Shown here: positions 28,231-41,430 of the stretch, piece by piece | Layout of the letters: the number at the start of each line of letters is the position of its first letter | Numbering within the stretch: the stretch's first letter is position 1 | Source: Ascidiella aspersa | Taxonomy: Eukaryota | Assembly: GCA_963924565.1 (NCBI GenBank) | Contig: OZ004612.1 | Location: forward strand, 26,350,001 to 26,414,000 | Direction: 5' to 3' | DNA: 64,000 nucleotides | Translations under genes and position numbers: made by a program | The notes under the pieces: generated by a model | Database searches by the model: none | Told to the model about the DNA's origin: nothing | What the model saw: only the letters and a program-made list of their open reading frames with translations

Positions 28231-29228
28231 CTCTATCTCATTTCTTTACAGGAAAGGTTTAATATGCAAACAATGTTCTGAAAACGGAAGGGCCGATTTA
28301 CAACACTAAAGGTTCTTATAAGATCAAAGAGGTTGAACTAAAAAAGGCTGGTTCTTTTACGAAGCATAGTAATAATGTTGACTAAAGAAAGCGAACAGGA
28401 AAACTGTCTTTAACTTAACTTGTCAACTTATCCGTATAAAGTTATATACTATGAAATAAACACAGTAACAATACAGCATACTTCTTATTTAAAGAAGTTT
28501 CACAAAATGTGAACTCCTAACGCAAATGTCGGCAAACCGTAGCGAACATGCCCCGGTGATTCAATAAATAAAGAAGATTATTATAACAGAGATTCTTAGC
28601 AATCCAACTGGCTAGGGTTCTCTCGTGTTCTGTAAAGCAATATTTGTAGTTCTTAAGACCGGTAGTAAGCACAGTTTAGGGTGAAAAAAAAATCTCTGCA
28701 TATATGTGATGCTGTTGTACAGTATACACAACTATTATTAGAACTTTATGGCTTTGAGATAATATGTTGCCATTTTGCAAGATAGTTACGCTTTGTTGGC
28801 ATTCGGAGATTACACCATACGATTTTCAACTTAGTATAACCTGACTTAAATGGTTTTAACTATGATAAATTTACAAATCTAAGTATGCTGACTAAATAGA
28901 TAACATGCAAATTCGTACACGAATATCGGTAACGAATGACTTGTGTAAAATCCTTGTGTTTAAATCAAATTAGCTTTCCCACATCATATACGATAGCTTT
29001 TTTGACGTCAAAACAAGGTTAAATATGTCAGTAATAACCTGTTTTGATGTCCTAGTAATTTTGTTAAACATCAATTTTAGGCTACACTAACATTGGTCGA
29101 CAAAACGTATAATTGACCACAATTTAGATTTGAACAAATAAGAATAATTTGGACAGTCCCAAACTAAAAAGCTCTTTCATGCTCACTATATTACTATAAA
29201 CTTAGTTTAGCATAAATAGTTCAGCTTT

Positions 29229-29345
29229 TGAACATGGTGGTTTAAGGTTGTAGTAAGACGTAGTAAAACTATCAAAGCTCATACAGAAGTGTAGCATTTT
29301 AAACGTTTTCGACAACTCTTTATCCACTTTCAACATAGTGAGAAG
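29229..29345 (+). mobile_element. MITE family A, left arm only
   Basis: GGTTGTAGTAAGACGTAGTAAAACTATCAAAGCTCATACAGAAGTGTAGCATTTTAAACGTTT matches the family A consensus. Confidence 0.7.
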
Positions 29346-30777
29346 ACACTCAGCTTAGCTTTGTTTGGCTTTTTTTTATAAAATAACTTAAAATATCGTT
29401 TTTTGTATAGAAAGAGCTTTGTTAAAAATTCATTAAACACCTTGGAACAGGTTTCAATAGAAACCGCATGTACTAATATTTGTTTTGATATGGGTGAAAA
29501 TCAAATTGGAAGGCTGAATATCGAAAAAGTCGGAATACACAAAACTCAGAGGGCTGCAAAGCTTGTATATGTATAATCATACAAAATCGATCATTACTTA
29601 TAAAAGTTTCACCCCCCCCAAAATATAGGATGAATATCATAGAATCGAGGAGTAATGATTAAATAATGCTGTTGTTGTTGCAGGAAGAATAAAAGCAAAT
29701 ATTAAATGCCACACAGATGTTTAAGTGTTAAAAATTGAGTGATTCAAAATTAAAGGGAAAACTTTTAAGTTTCAACTTCCTTGTTTGTTTTCATACTTAC
29801 TTTTTGCCAGAGCCTAAAGCAAATACATTATTGTGAAATCCATTATTATGTTTGTTTGATTGACGTTGAATTGTATCTGTTGTGATAAAGGGTGGATTAA
29901 TAATAAATTCCCGGAAGTTGAAGTCAATATTTTATAAAAATAAATTAATCCCAAAACGAAAAACTTCCTTATTTGTCTGCCAAAGACTACAATTTCGATT
30001 TGTTTGCCTAATTTTTGCCTGTGATTGCAATAAAGCGTCGATTAATATTAAACCCCCAAATTTTTTTGTAAATTAAAAAAAAATGATCCCACAACGAAAA
30101 GTAAAAAAAGTTATGTTTAACATCTTTAATTGTTTTTGACATTTACAAAGCATACAATTTCGGCATTAGTTTGTTTGCGTTATGGGTGATGTGTTGTAAT
30201 ATAACGTTGATCAATAGTAAATTGTAAAAATGATGTAAAAATGTGTGGCCATAGTACACTACAAAATTGAAGAAAAATAACCAACTTAAGTTGTCCAGAA
30301 CTTCTCTATAAGGCCTTTTGATTTCATCTCACATCGAAAGCAAACAGTTTGGCTATTTTCTTGGGCGACAATAGCTTGCAAAACAAGCAAGGCTATCTCC
30401 ACGTGCGAAAGCGCAGTTTCTCGCCGGTGGGAACTTTGCAAATCTCGCGTCAGACTTTCGGTAAAATGGAGGAGACAGTCAACGACAGACGAAAGTTTCG
30501 CGCGTCTCTTTCGTTCAAAGTACAGTGACGTATCACGCGATAAATCAAATGAAGGGGGTAGCGTCTCCCCCCCCCCCCTTCCCTCCTTACAAACGAAAGA
30601 GTGGTTCGATCAGCCATGACGTGTATGAGATAAAACACTTGACAGATTAATATAGTTTTTATTATGAAGAATACATCGATCTGACGAAATGGGTGTTTCT
30701 GTATTAATATCCTATACAACCTAACATTTCAGATGTATAAATCCTACTCGATCAAAATTAGATAGTTTATTACGATC

Positions 30778-31092
30778 CAAGGTTGGCAATTATTTTTGAC
30801 AAAAGGCCGCATTAGAAAAATGATACAGGCTCTTTTGGGCCGGGTAATCTGAAAAACATTTAATATAGAGTGTGATTCATTTTTGAAAGCTGGTATAATC
30901 CTTGTTTTGACAAACTGATAAGAATAGAAATATATGAGGATGCTTTTAGGTGTAATTTATTAAAAAAATTGTTTAAAAGGGAAAATGCGTGAAAGGCCTA
31001 TTTTACTTATTATAGAAAATGAAACGACTGCTGGAATGAATTTGTTAGGCTGTCTGCTCAAGATGAAAGAGTACTTCGCCTTCCAATCTTGG
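30778..31092. mobile_element. Degenerate hAT-like element
   Basis: CAAGGTTGGCAA start with GGCCGC/GGGCCG subterminal motifs and a weak inverted end (TTCCAATCTTG). Confidence 0.3.
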
Positions 31093-33643
31093 CATTGGTG
31101 ATTTAAATTTTAAACACTTGGATTTGGATATCTTCATTTCAATTTGATTTAGGACAAATTTTTTGAGATTACAATGTACATGTTAACAAAAACAGATTTG
31201 ATTTTCAATTTAACTATATACATAGGCTTGGACGATAGCATAATATTTTACTGTTTTAATAACATTCTTTTAGTTTGAAAATATTGTAGAGTATTATCAT
31301 ATGAAAAGAGGTTATAATCACCACAACTGTAACTGTAGCGCCATTTTAATGCTCGGCAACTGCAAATTTAACGTATATTTTGGGCAATACAAACGTTAAC
31401 GAAAATAAAGCGCACGCGATCGAAAATCCAAAAGTTAATTAGACAAAGGCGACAGCTGCTACACGGTTCTTGGCGCCGACAAACAAGATTTTCTTGTATT
31501 TTTCCTTTCCGAAAAATATGTCAAGTTCGCGTGCCGCAAGGAGCGCGACCTCCAAAATATTGTCGAAAACAGATACGATTTCGGACGGCGAATCAGAAAA
31601 GCAGGATAAACAGTGGCCTTTCCGAAGTAATCCAAGCAAAAGTCTGGCGATGCGACGCCGTCAAAACAATGTCAGACCTCTCGCCGCGTAACACGGTATT
31701 TAAACGGCAATATTTAGCCGATGCCCCGAAGTGATAATTTATGTATTGTGAGCGCTTTTAGCTCTAGTAGGGAAAAGGTTGGAAAATGTATGGCGCGAGC
31801 GTGCATAATTTATCGCAGCCTGTCGCGGCTGATTTTTTGGGTGTTTTTCCGTGCTCATATTGGAAAAACATATAGCAGAGTTTGAAAGGCGACTGCGCAT
31901 TTAAAAAGGCGCCATTTAAAATCACGTTTTTTTTACAATTGTAAATCGATGTACACAAAAATAAAAAAAATACTAACTTGCAAATTCAAAACCTAAGAAA
32001 ACAAATGGAAGAGCTGTCCCTATAACGCTTGGAAAAAATCCTTTGGATTTTTTTTAACACGCCAATGAAAAAATGTCCATTTACATTTTTTAACGATTAA
32101 CGTAGAAGGAAAGTCTTGTCCAGCCGGCAAATAATAACTTCGACATATTTATTTGGCACTTCATATATTTTTGAAAATCGTTGGAGGTTTTGCCTTCCCG
32201 AGTAAGGTTGTATAAGATGCAGCGGCAGACACCTGCATCGTCACACATAACGACAAATTTAAAATTTCTAACAAGTTGGTTTTGCAACTTGGCTCATTTA
32301 TAGTAAACAGATATTTAAGTTGTCTAGTAATCTTTGGTGTTAAATTCTGGCTGGGATGCGACCACATGGCAAATCTCAAGATATCACAAAAACAAGCCTG
32401 TCAACCCCAGAATGGTACCCAAATTTAAATCGAGTGCAAATTTGCACAAAAATTTCACCGATTCCTAAACGCACCAGTTAAAGGAGTTCATAACTTAGAC
32501 AGATCTATCTGACACGTATGCAATTTGCAAAAATTGGTTTACACTTTTATCCCAGGGAGGCAATGTTGACAAACTTGTTTCGCTACTGTAAAAAAGGGCG
32601 CGATCGATTTGGTATGTATAGAAAGTAACGCAAAAAAAACTAAAATCCCATAATTCAAGTCCATTGTTTGTTCACAGTTATATTAGTGTATTGTTTCTTC
32701 ACAGTTGCATACTAGTCTATTGTTTCTTCACATTTACAGCCATTAAACAAATATAAACCAATGTAGGCATTTTACTAATCAATAGAGTGACTCTAACCTC
32801 GGCAAACAATTTCGATAATTCGATTATAAATATCGTTAAATCAAGCAACAGATATTAAAATTTCTCCCAAACTAATTTTTGAAAGACACAAACACAGATG
32901 ACATAAACACAGTCATAGCTAGTAATTAGAAAGTCCAATTCAGTAAAAAAATTTTGCTACGTGTGAATTGGTCACAAAATAGCGTTAAGTTTAGCGAATT
33001 AAAATAGAACAAAAGTGCGGCAACCCTAAATTGGACGATAATTGCAGCAACCCCAATTCTAACTATACTAAACGCAAACAAGTTTTAAGCTGTTTAAGGT
33101 CTTTAGTCTTAGCAGTTCAAACAGTAAAGAAACAACAGAAACAATTGTACGTAATCCGCCAAAAGATAATCCGAAGAATTTGCCCCGTAATTCCTTTGGC
33201 GCGTGCCAAATTTGGGTTTTTTCTTATTGTTACAGCTCTAAGTAGCAATTAAGTTTTACTCTAATTGGGTTTGCGCGGCACAACTAATGTTACATTGTAA
33301 ACAAGTTTTTTTTTAATATAAGGTGTTATTTTATGTGGGAATTTTTGTCGTAGGGAACCAATGTTTTTTTTTAAATCCATAAAAACCAAACGTTGCACAA
33401 AAAAAAAACTGTAGGCTAATGTTGATGTCTTTCTTTTGAAAGCTCCCATAAAATTATTTATAAAAAACTAAATTGGATTTGTGCTTGGGAAGTCAACTGA
33501 TGTTTTTCAGTATGACAAACATGCCAAAGCAACCAACCTATAAGTTTTTAATTTTTTTTTTATTAATTTGTTTAAACCTTTTTAACTTTAGGCTATTTTT
33601 TTTCTAATTTTGTTCACAGAAACAAGAAAACTTTTGATACATG

Positions 33644-33853
33644 TTGGAGCATAATGGTTGGAGGTTGTTGTAGTACAAGACGTAATAAGAATATTAAAAC
33701 CCATACAGAAGTCAAAGCCCACATGCCATATATCAAAGCCCATATGCAAGTTGGTAGCATTTTGAACGTTTCGAATATCTCAACAACAAAAATGAATAAG
33801 GAGTTATTCGAAACGTTCAAAATGATACCAACTTGCATATGGGCTTTGATATA
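33644..33853. mobile_element. Palindromic MITE family A copy (full left end, near-perfect inner hairpin)
   Basis: Begins TTGGAGCATAATGGTTGGAGGTTG. Arms 33729-33777 and 33805-33853 form a 49-bp inverted repeat with 1 mismatch. Confidence 0.8.
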
Positions 33854-34477
33854 GGAACATATTTCTACGATTTAAGTCATTAATTCGTTGAGAAGCGCGC
33901 ATGGTATTTTCTAACAAAGCGAGCTGCGCAAAATATGATGGACGCCATTTGAAAAAGCACCCGCATTGGGGATAGAGATGACAGCTAGAGACAGACCAAG
34001 GCGACAAAACGAAAACAAATTCACTCCGTCACCGTCATAACGTCAGCGGTCATTTGAAAGGCCTTGCGACCGTCCCGAACGACAAAGTGGATGTTTTGGA
34101 TTGTTGCCCGTATACAAGAGACCCAATGATCGCCAGTCACAAACAAACAAATAGAGACGGAGAAACGAACTGCTGTTGTTGTCCTGCTGATGTTTTGACG
34201 GGATCGGAAAGACCAAAGCGCTCCGCTCGGAACGGACTAATCGAGTCTTTGAAGCTCGATTGATCGATGACCATGCTAGTTGTTATTACTTGGCACCTCT
34301 CTGAACGCCGACGGACGACGGTGGTGTTTTGTCTGGTCGTCCAGACTTTTGGACAACTGTAGATATTTCTAATTGTCTTAAGACATGCCAATGGGTTGTT
34401 GGTTGATTGTGTGACCGGTATCAGTTCCAACCTATAAGTTTTATATTGTTTAATCCCAACGATGATGTTTAATTTAC

Positions 34478-34666
34478 GTAATAAAAATATCAAAGCCCCT
34501 TCAAAAGTAGGTAACATTTTGAACGTTTCGAATAACCTCTTTATTCAAAGAAATAAACTCTATTCAAAGAGTTATTCGAAACGTTCAAAATGATACCTGC
34601 CTACTTCTGTATGCGCTTTGATATTCCTATTGCGTCTTACTACAACCTCCAACCATTATGCTCCAA
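34478..34666. mobile_element. Palindromic MITE family A copy (full right end)
   Basis: AATATCAAAGCCC...CATTTTGAACGTTTCGAATAAC and its reverse complement. Ends CAACCTCCAACCATTATGCTCCAA. Confidence 0.8.
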
Positions 34667-36604
34667 TGTTTATTTTTTAGTTTCGGTTGTATTGCTGTAA
34701 TAAAAGTTTCCACGATTTATACAATTTTACTAAAACTGTGAACAAAGTCAGTTTATATCATACAAAAACCAAAGCAAAAACGCTAACCTTTGCTTACGAT
34801 CTTTGCCATTCTCACACTTATTACAACGAAATTGCCTGTTTTCCTGAGATCAGTATTTCCAACTGATCACATTTGAATAAAGCGAAAATACTGTTCGTTT
34901 AATTCTAATTTAAATAATCAACTCTAATTTTTCTTTACTGCTGTTAAGTCCTGCCCAGACACGACTAAGATTGATGGACTGGTCATGCATGAATGTTGGC
35001 TATTGGCGCTGTTACGTTAGTAATTGTATTTTTATGTTGGTGTATGCCATGGGTTTATAGATTGTTATAATAAACAGGGGAAAGTGATGCCTTGTGTTTT
35101 TCGGTGGGTAATAAAATAATAATGTGCATTTTACCCTTAGGTTTATGAACAGTGGCCTCAAATTATTTAGTTTTAATGAGATTAACACTACAACTTTGCA
35201 TATTGTTGTGGCCTAAAATGTCAAGTTACATCTCTAAATGTGTTGGATTCAAGGTTGCACGGGATAAATTAAATAATATATACATAGCAGCTTTCGGCGT
35301 CTATCCTTTACTTGACATAAAATTTGCGATGATCATCTACGATAAATATAAATTAACTTAGATTCGTCGTTTATGAGAAAATATACGCTCCTGCAATTTA
35401 GACACTCAGAATTCCTTAAAAGCAGCGCTGAAGATTTGCAGCGGCATTCCTTCAAATATAACAGACGGAAAATTTTCTTCCAGACATATTTGACCACCTG
35501 CAAAATGTCTGAGGTTGCTGAAATACCTTGAGTTCTGCTGGAAATGTTGACGTTGCCCTTGGTCGTATCTAGTCGGACCATCTTCGGACTAAACGAGCAA
35601 TAATGCTACATGTGATGACTAATAGCGCCTAGCTCGCTAGAAGTGATAACACGTTTGAGTCCAAAATTTTAACCCAACATGACTTGAGTTGTTTCCGGAA
35701 GTTTTATGGTTAAAACAAGTTTTCCGGGGATCGGTTAACAACGAACACTATAGTTATTCTAGTATGGTTTCCGAATATCGAATAAAATAACCTGTAACCT
35801 TGTATATTTTCTCATGATCATTTAATAAATACTTTTTAGTAATATTTTATGTAGTATATAGGTTGTATATAAATCAATGAATCCGAAAACGAATATCAAA
35901 CGATCATTTGTAATGGATGGCAATGAATCTGAACGAAATGAGTTTTTCTTTAATCTAACTAAAATTTAATTTATAAGATATTTGGAGAAACAACAATAAA
36001 AATTAATTCATTTTTATGCTCGACCGATTGCTTTAAGTTACACCAATCATGCAACCGGCCGATGTTTTATTTTGAACATGAATGGCAAACGGGTGTCCAT
36101 TACATAAAACAAACGGAAAAAATACTATGCTTTATACAAAGCGAATTTTAAAATCTAGGCCGGATATTATGAAATAAACAAGCTGAAAAGGCATTTGTGG
36201 TTTTCAAGTTGGAAACAACTTTAGTATAGTACCAGTTATCCCACTGTCCAAAGACCATTTAACCCGGAACAAAAAAGCGCTGTCTACAAAACAGCAAAAG
36301 CGACATAGCCGCAATTGGCCATTATTATAGAAGTCCAAAAAGCCATCGACCCGAAAAAACGTGATCGTTGGACGATAGGCTTCGAATGAATAATGCGCGT
36401 CTAACGAGAGCCACGTGCGGCAAATTAAAACGCGATTTCACGCCCGTCTATTTCCAGCGTTTGCCACTTGCCCGTTGAAAGTTGCTCGACGACCAACGGC
36501 CGTATTTGTGTGCGATGGATGAATGGGAGCCGTGTGCCGGCACTTTGCACGTGGACCACCTTATATGGCATTTATGTAGATGCTGGTAACGATTGTGCCG
36601 GCCA

Positions 36605-36870
36605 TCCGCCGGTTACCTTAGAATGCTGTTTTGTTAAAATGGATATATTGATGCAATTGTTTCTACATTTGACCGGTTACCCAAAAATGTTGCTCTCATT
36701 GTAGAACGGGATTTTATTATAGACATTTTTCTACGGTTGGCTGGTTACCCAAGAATGCTATTTTGAGTAACGGGTTTTTTTGACACAAATTTCTCTATGC
36801 ATTTGGCCGGTTACCCAAGAATGTTGCTTTCTTTGTGTAAAGGGCTTTATTAATAAACAAACATTTTCTA
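36605..36870. repeat. Degenerate ~66-bp tandem repeat, 4 copies (dimeric)
   Basis: GGTTACC-N-A(G/A)AATG core at 36611, 36675, 36743 and 36809. Units 1/3 and 2/4 resemble each other. Confidence 0.8.
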
Positions 36871-38633
36871 AACGAACGATATAATAGATATAACTTTGTA
36901 TCTGTAGTTTTTTCTCAGCAACACGTAAACTATATACAGAGTTCGTTTTTAATTCTGGAAACGTAAAAATGGATTAAGAGTTTTCAACACAGCCTTGAAA
37001 CGCTTAAAACGTTACAAGCCGAAAAGTTGAAATCTTGGATGTTCTCTTTTAGTATTTAAACTTGAAGTTTCTCGTCAAAATTGCATTTGGAAAGGGTAGG
37101 ACGACAACGTTTTTTTATGAAAATACATTAATACATGCCCACTGTGACGAACGGTGAAATACTCCTGTAATAAACAGGCGTGAAGAAAACACACATCATA
37201 AAAATGTCGCGCACGACCAAAATACAACTCAAAACTAGACAGCAGGACGCGTATATTTGTCCGAACCGCGACTGACCTTTCGAAAAGGAAGTGGACAGTC
37301 AAACAAGCGTTGGAGTGGACAAAACGTCTGTATGGTTGCAACGCAACTGCGGCGGAAAGGCCATCATTAGCGGAACGTCTGCGCACAAATGCCGTGAAAT
37401 TTGCGCCGTTAATGATGTAAACATGGAACATGGGCGCCTGAAAACTCGTCCGTATGGTGTGTACGTTATGCCGATTATTTTATCGTTTGTCTGTATGCGT
37501 TATTTTTTCTTGGTTATATCGATGGATACGTCTGTTGTTTTTTTTTCAATCTTTCGTTCTCACTCATGTAACTCATATCGATTTTGTACCTCACCTTTCA
37601 AGCTTTGTTCCTTATCTTATCACGTTTTTCTTTTAACATCTAATAATTAGTAACATTCGGCACTTACACCATTTCCCCCCTCGTTACGTTTGCTTATACT
37701 AATACAGTTCAAAGACACTTTGTGTAGCGCTTGGCATCCGACAGGCCGTTTAGTATAAGGGCCTGTAACTTGGTGTAACATATATAGGGTTTTAAAGCGG
37801 TATGTATAAAAAAGTATTTACCCTAAATAAAAATGTCGCTTGAATTTCAATGTTATTTTTGTAAAAAGTCGCCTTAATTTATGTTTTGAATTTTGCAGAA
37901 CAAACGAAATAATTATAGGAAGAGGCTATTTGCTAGCATCGCTCGGGTTCACCCATTCGTAATTATATATTTATCTGTGTTAGGGTTGGGTTTAGCGTTT
38001 GGGTGTGGATAATATTAAATTCAATCTTTCGAGTTTTGTACGATTTCCGTTAATTATAGTTTCTAATATACTTAATTAACTTTGTTTATCAGGTAAATAG
38101 TTTCAGAAAATGCCTATTAACTATTTGCCCAGCTTGCTCAGGTACACATACACCCATTAGTGATTATATATAGATTTACCTAACTTTGTTGTTCAGTTAA
38201 ATGTTCTCTTCCTAAATTGAATGTTTACTCTAATCGACAAGTATCACTGTACGAAGTTTCACTACGTTGACGCAATATAGTCTGGCGGATATGACTTGAG
38301 CATTCCAGCAATATAGTTTTTTGTCAAACACCTTTTTCGTTTGCGATTTGCTAAACCGTTAGGCAGCAAGTTGCAACCCACCAAATTATATTTTTAATCT
38401 CAGAAATTAAAAAAATAACGAAGCCCATATCAGACAGATTTAGAAAACGGTGATTTATATGAACAAATCATTGTTCATTCTAAACCTCTTGGACGAAGTA
38501 TGAAAGTCCAAGTATATCGTTGTTTTACAAAAAAGTTATGTTAACGTTAATTTGAGAGTATAGTTAAGCGAAATCCAGTTGTAAATCTTAGCTAAAATAA
38601 TGGATGACGTCTCTCTTGTACGAAACTTTACTT

Positions 38634-39241
38634 CAAGTTCTATAGTGTACATTTTGTTGTTGAACATTACTTTACAACGGGATTCTTACCTTTATCTGAG
38701 TTTTCGTTTAACACAAATAAGCGAGGCTGCTAAATTACTGAAGGAAAACAACAAAAACCTTGGCGCAACAGCAACTGTGTTTGCCTTGAATGTGAAATCA
38801 CGATGCAGGACAACATATAGCGTTCCCTTGATAAGGCAAGGCTGGGAACTGACAAATGCCTGCCCATTGGCTCAACTATTGAATTGTCCGAAGCGGCATT
38901 TATCAAGTGTTTCCACATTAAGCAACGTCGGTAATTAATGCGCACAGCTAGCAGCTACAAAATAATTTATCTTGGTATGGGTTCGGTGGTGATGCGAATA
39001 AATTCAATCTTCCGATTTTTGTATGATTTTCGGCATGATTTTACTCTATGAGTTGTGTAGTGTACATTTTGTTGTCAGGCAATAATTTCCAACGAGATTC
39101 TAAGCTTTATCCGAGTTCGCGTTTACCTCAAATTAACAAGACTGTTTTATTACCAAAGAAAAGCAAAACCGCCTGTGTTTGTCTTAAACGTGAAATCACG
39201 GCGAATAGGAGAATATATGGCGCTCCCTTGCCAAGCCAAGG
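38634..39241 (+). repeat. ~200-bp diverged direct duplication (38634-38841 and 39051-39241)
   Basis: Shared anchors TAGTGTACATTTTGTTGT, CTTTATC.GAGTT, CTGTGTTTG, GTGAAATCACG and TCCCTTG...CAAGG in the same order. Confidence 0.8.
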
Positions 39242-39800
39242 TACTGCCAAAGGTCCGAATCTTATGACACCGTCAGTGACGAGTCCGCGGGTCGCGACAC
39301 CATTCTGTCGCGCGGGGTGCGGCTCTTTGAAGCCGGCCGCGCGCGAAAATTAAGGGAAATGGGTGGCAATTTAGAAAAATCTTGGCCAATTTGTCGGCTT
39401 GCCTACCGCGTAAAACTCTCCAAGTCGCCGTATGAAGGGCCGGGGCATGCGGGGATTTAAAACTCATATATAGATATAGGTTGTCATTTCGTTTTGCGGC
39501 TTAGGGGTATATGTATTTCCGCCCGGCGTCATTTGCTTTGATCCCACGCGCCCACGTGTTTTCTGTCTCTCGCTAGGAAGCGGAAAACGTGACGTCACCG
39601 TGCGATTTGGTGACGTCAATAGCGCGTGCGCGTCTAGTGTTGTTACATCCCGACGCCATGACGACATAATGGCATTCGTATTGCTGCTTGAATGTTGCCG
39701 AATAAAAATGACGCTGTATAGGTTACACTGAGCGGAATGTGTCGCTAAATATGGCAGCGGTGTGACAAGTATGGCGAAAAATGGACAATGTGTTGGCACG
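39200..39800. promoter_or_regulatory. CpG island with paired CRE palindromes
   Basis: GTGACGTCAC at 39589-39598, TGACGTCA at 39611-39618, CACGTG ~39552, GCGCGAAAA ~39341. Confidence 0.4.
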
Positions 39801-40192
39801 TTGGTTGGTTTCGATTTTTTTTTAAGAATTTGCGTGACGGACCCACATCAATTTTTTTAGTGACTCACTTGTAAATATCATAATTGAAAACAATTAGGTA
39901 TAAAGAACAGTTAATGAAATGGCTATGCGCTAGCTTTGTATATATCATGTGTTTTCCGGTGAGTTATAGGACATTTTTGCGATCACGTGGAAACTCCTTA
40001 ACGAATATATTTTGGAGTGCAAATTTAAGTTGTATTCGTTAAGTAATTCCAAACTAAGCTACAAATATTAAACAAGGATTTTATTTACAATAATATTCTA
40101 ACACTTTCTTTTTGAACTTTTTTGACAAAAATTATCATTGTTTAACGAAATGGCAGAGTGACGGAAGCTTTCACAAAAAATACTTTGTAAAG

Positions 40193-40335
40193 TAAGAATA
40201 TCAAAGCCCATGCGGAAAATTAATTTGGAATTGAATAGACATATTGGGAACGTTTAAAACGCTTCACCTATATTTTTGTATGTACTTTAATATTCTTACT
40301 TCGTCTTACTGAAACCTTTAACCATTATGCTCCAA
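40193..40335. mobile_element. MITE family A, internally deleted copy
   Basis: AATATCAAAGCCCAT start and right end CGTCTTACTGAAACCTTTAACCATTATGCTCCAA. Confidence 0.65.
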
Positions 40336-41316
40336 AATACAATTTTGTGTATGGTCTTAGTGCCTTTTACAGGGCAAAAAGAATTTTCTTCTCAAAACAA
40401 CATTAGTTTCAGCTTGGCGGAAAACACGAATTGAACCGTGGACACGCGCGACTGGAATTATTACAGGCAACATATCCTAAACAAACAATCCCCGTATCGC
40501 TATTATTAATTCACACCCGTATCCCCAACGTACAATTACATGGTTCAAATGCCCACATAGGTGTAGAAGTCACCGAAATAATTGCATATCAAAGCAAGGA
40601 CACGACCGCCAATTACAAAAACAGCAGTGGAACGCTTTCTGTTAGAAAAGCAGAAAAAGCGGATAAATGGATCAGGTTTAAAATGGATTGCTCTTCTGTC
40701 GGAGAAACTCGATTTAAGGAACAAAAACAGTCGCTCGTGTAAAAACAGCGGCATTTAACCCTTTTAAGGGAACCTTACACGAATAAAAAATTAGGCGAAA
40801 CGTATCAGGTTCGTGCTTGATTGTCACCCAGAAGGTGCTAGCCATAACAGAAACGCGCCAATTACAACAAAACAAGATTCGCAAGAGATGAAAAATTAAC
40901 ATCCAAGTGTCGGGTTTGGGAGCACGAGAACCGTGTCATTGGCGGCCCGTTGTAACTCTGTAAGTGGAAATTACACGTGGCCACATATAGGACCGTTTGG
41001 CCTTTTAGGAACCCTTAAAGGGCCATCGGACACCGCCGCCGCGGCCGGTCACCTCCACCTGTTACGTCACAATTTTTTCTAAAGAGTGAGAGGAAATTCT
41101 TGACAATCTCGCGCCGGCGTAATTTAAGATCCTTTGATGTTGCGATGAGCAAAGATAAAAAGAGCAAGATTTTTAAAGCAAGATTTTTTTATTGTCGTGG
41201 AGATCTTGTTTTAAATTGTTGGATAGCGTATTTTACTCCTTATATATTTTGCATGACTGTTACATAAACATTGCTGAGGATAGTTAAAACAAAAACATTC
41301 AGAACTATTTTTTGGA

Positions 41317-41430
41317 GAATCTGTAATGTAACTTGATAATTAATTGCAAAGCCAAAAAGGTCGAGTAGATCGACATCATCTTGATTAAGACGTTTCATTA
41401 CGAACTTGTATCCTCTTCATTTAAAGTGAA
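41317..41430 (+). mobile_element. MITE family B, left arm
   Basis: ATCTGTAATGTAACTTGATAATTAATTGCAAAGCCAAAAAGGTCGAGTAGATCGACATCATCTTGATTAAGACGTTTC. Confidence 0.75.

Noticed and set aside
32152-32200. TTTGGCACTTCATATATTTTTG resembles miR-96
   Set aside because: The flanking sequence does not form a convincing pre-miRNA stem, and no miR-182/183 partners are visible.
35333-35581. 82-aa minus-strand ORF with Cys pairs
   Set aside because: No recognisable family or exon boundaries, so it cannot be supported without a database search.
36605-36870. CRISPR-like repeat-spacer appearance
   Set aside because: Eukaryotic context, imperfect repeats, spacers homologous to each other, no cas genes.
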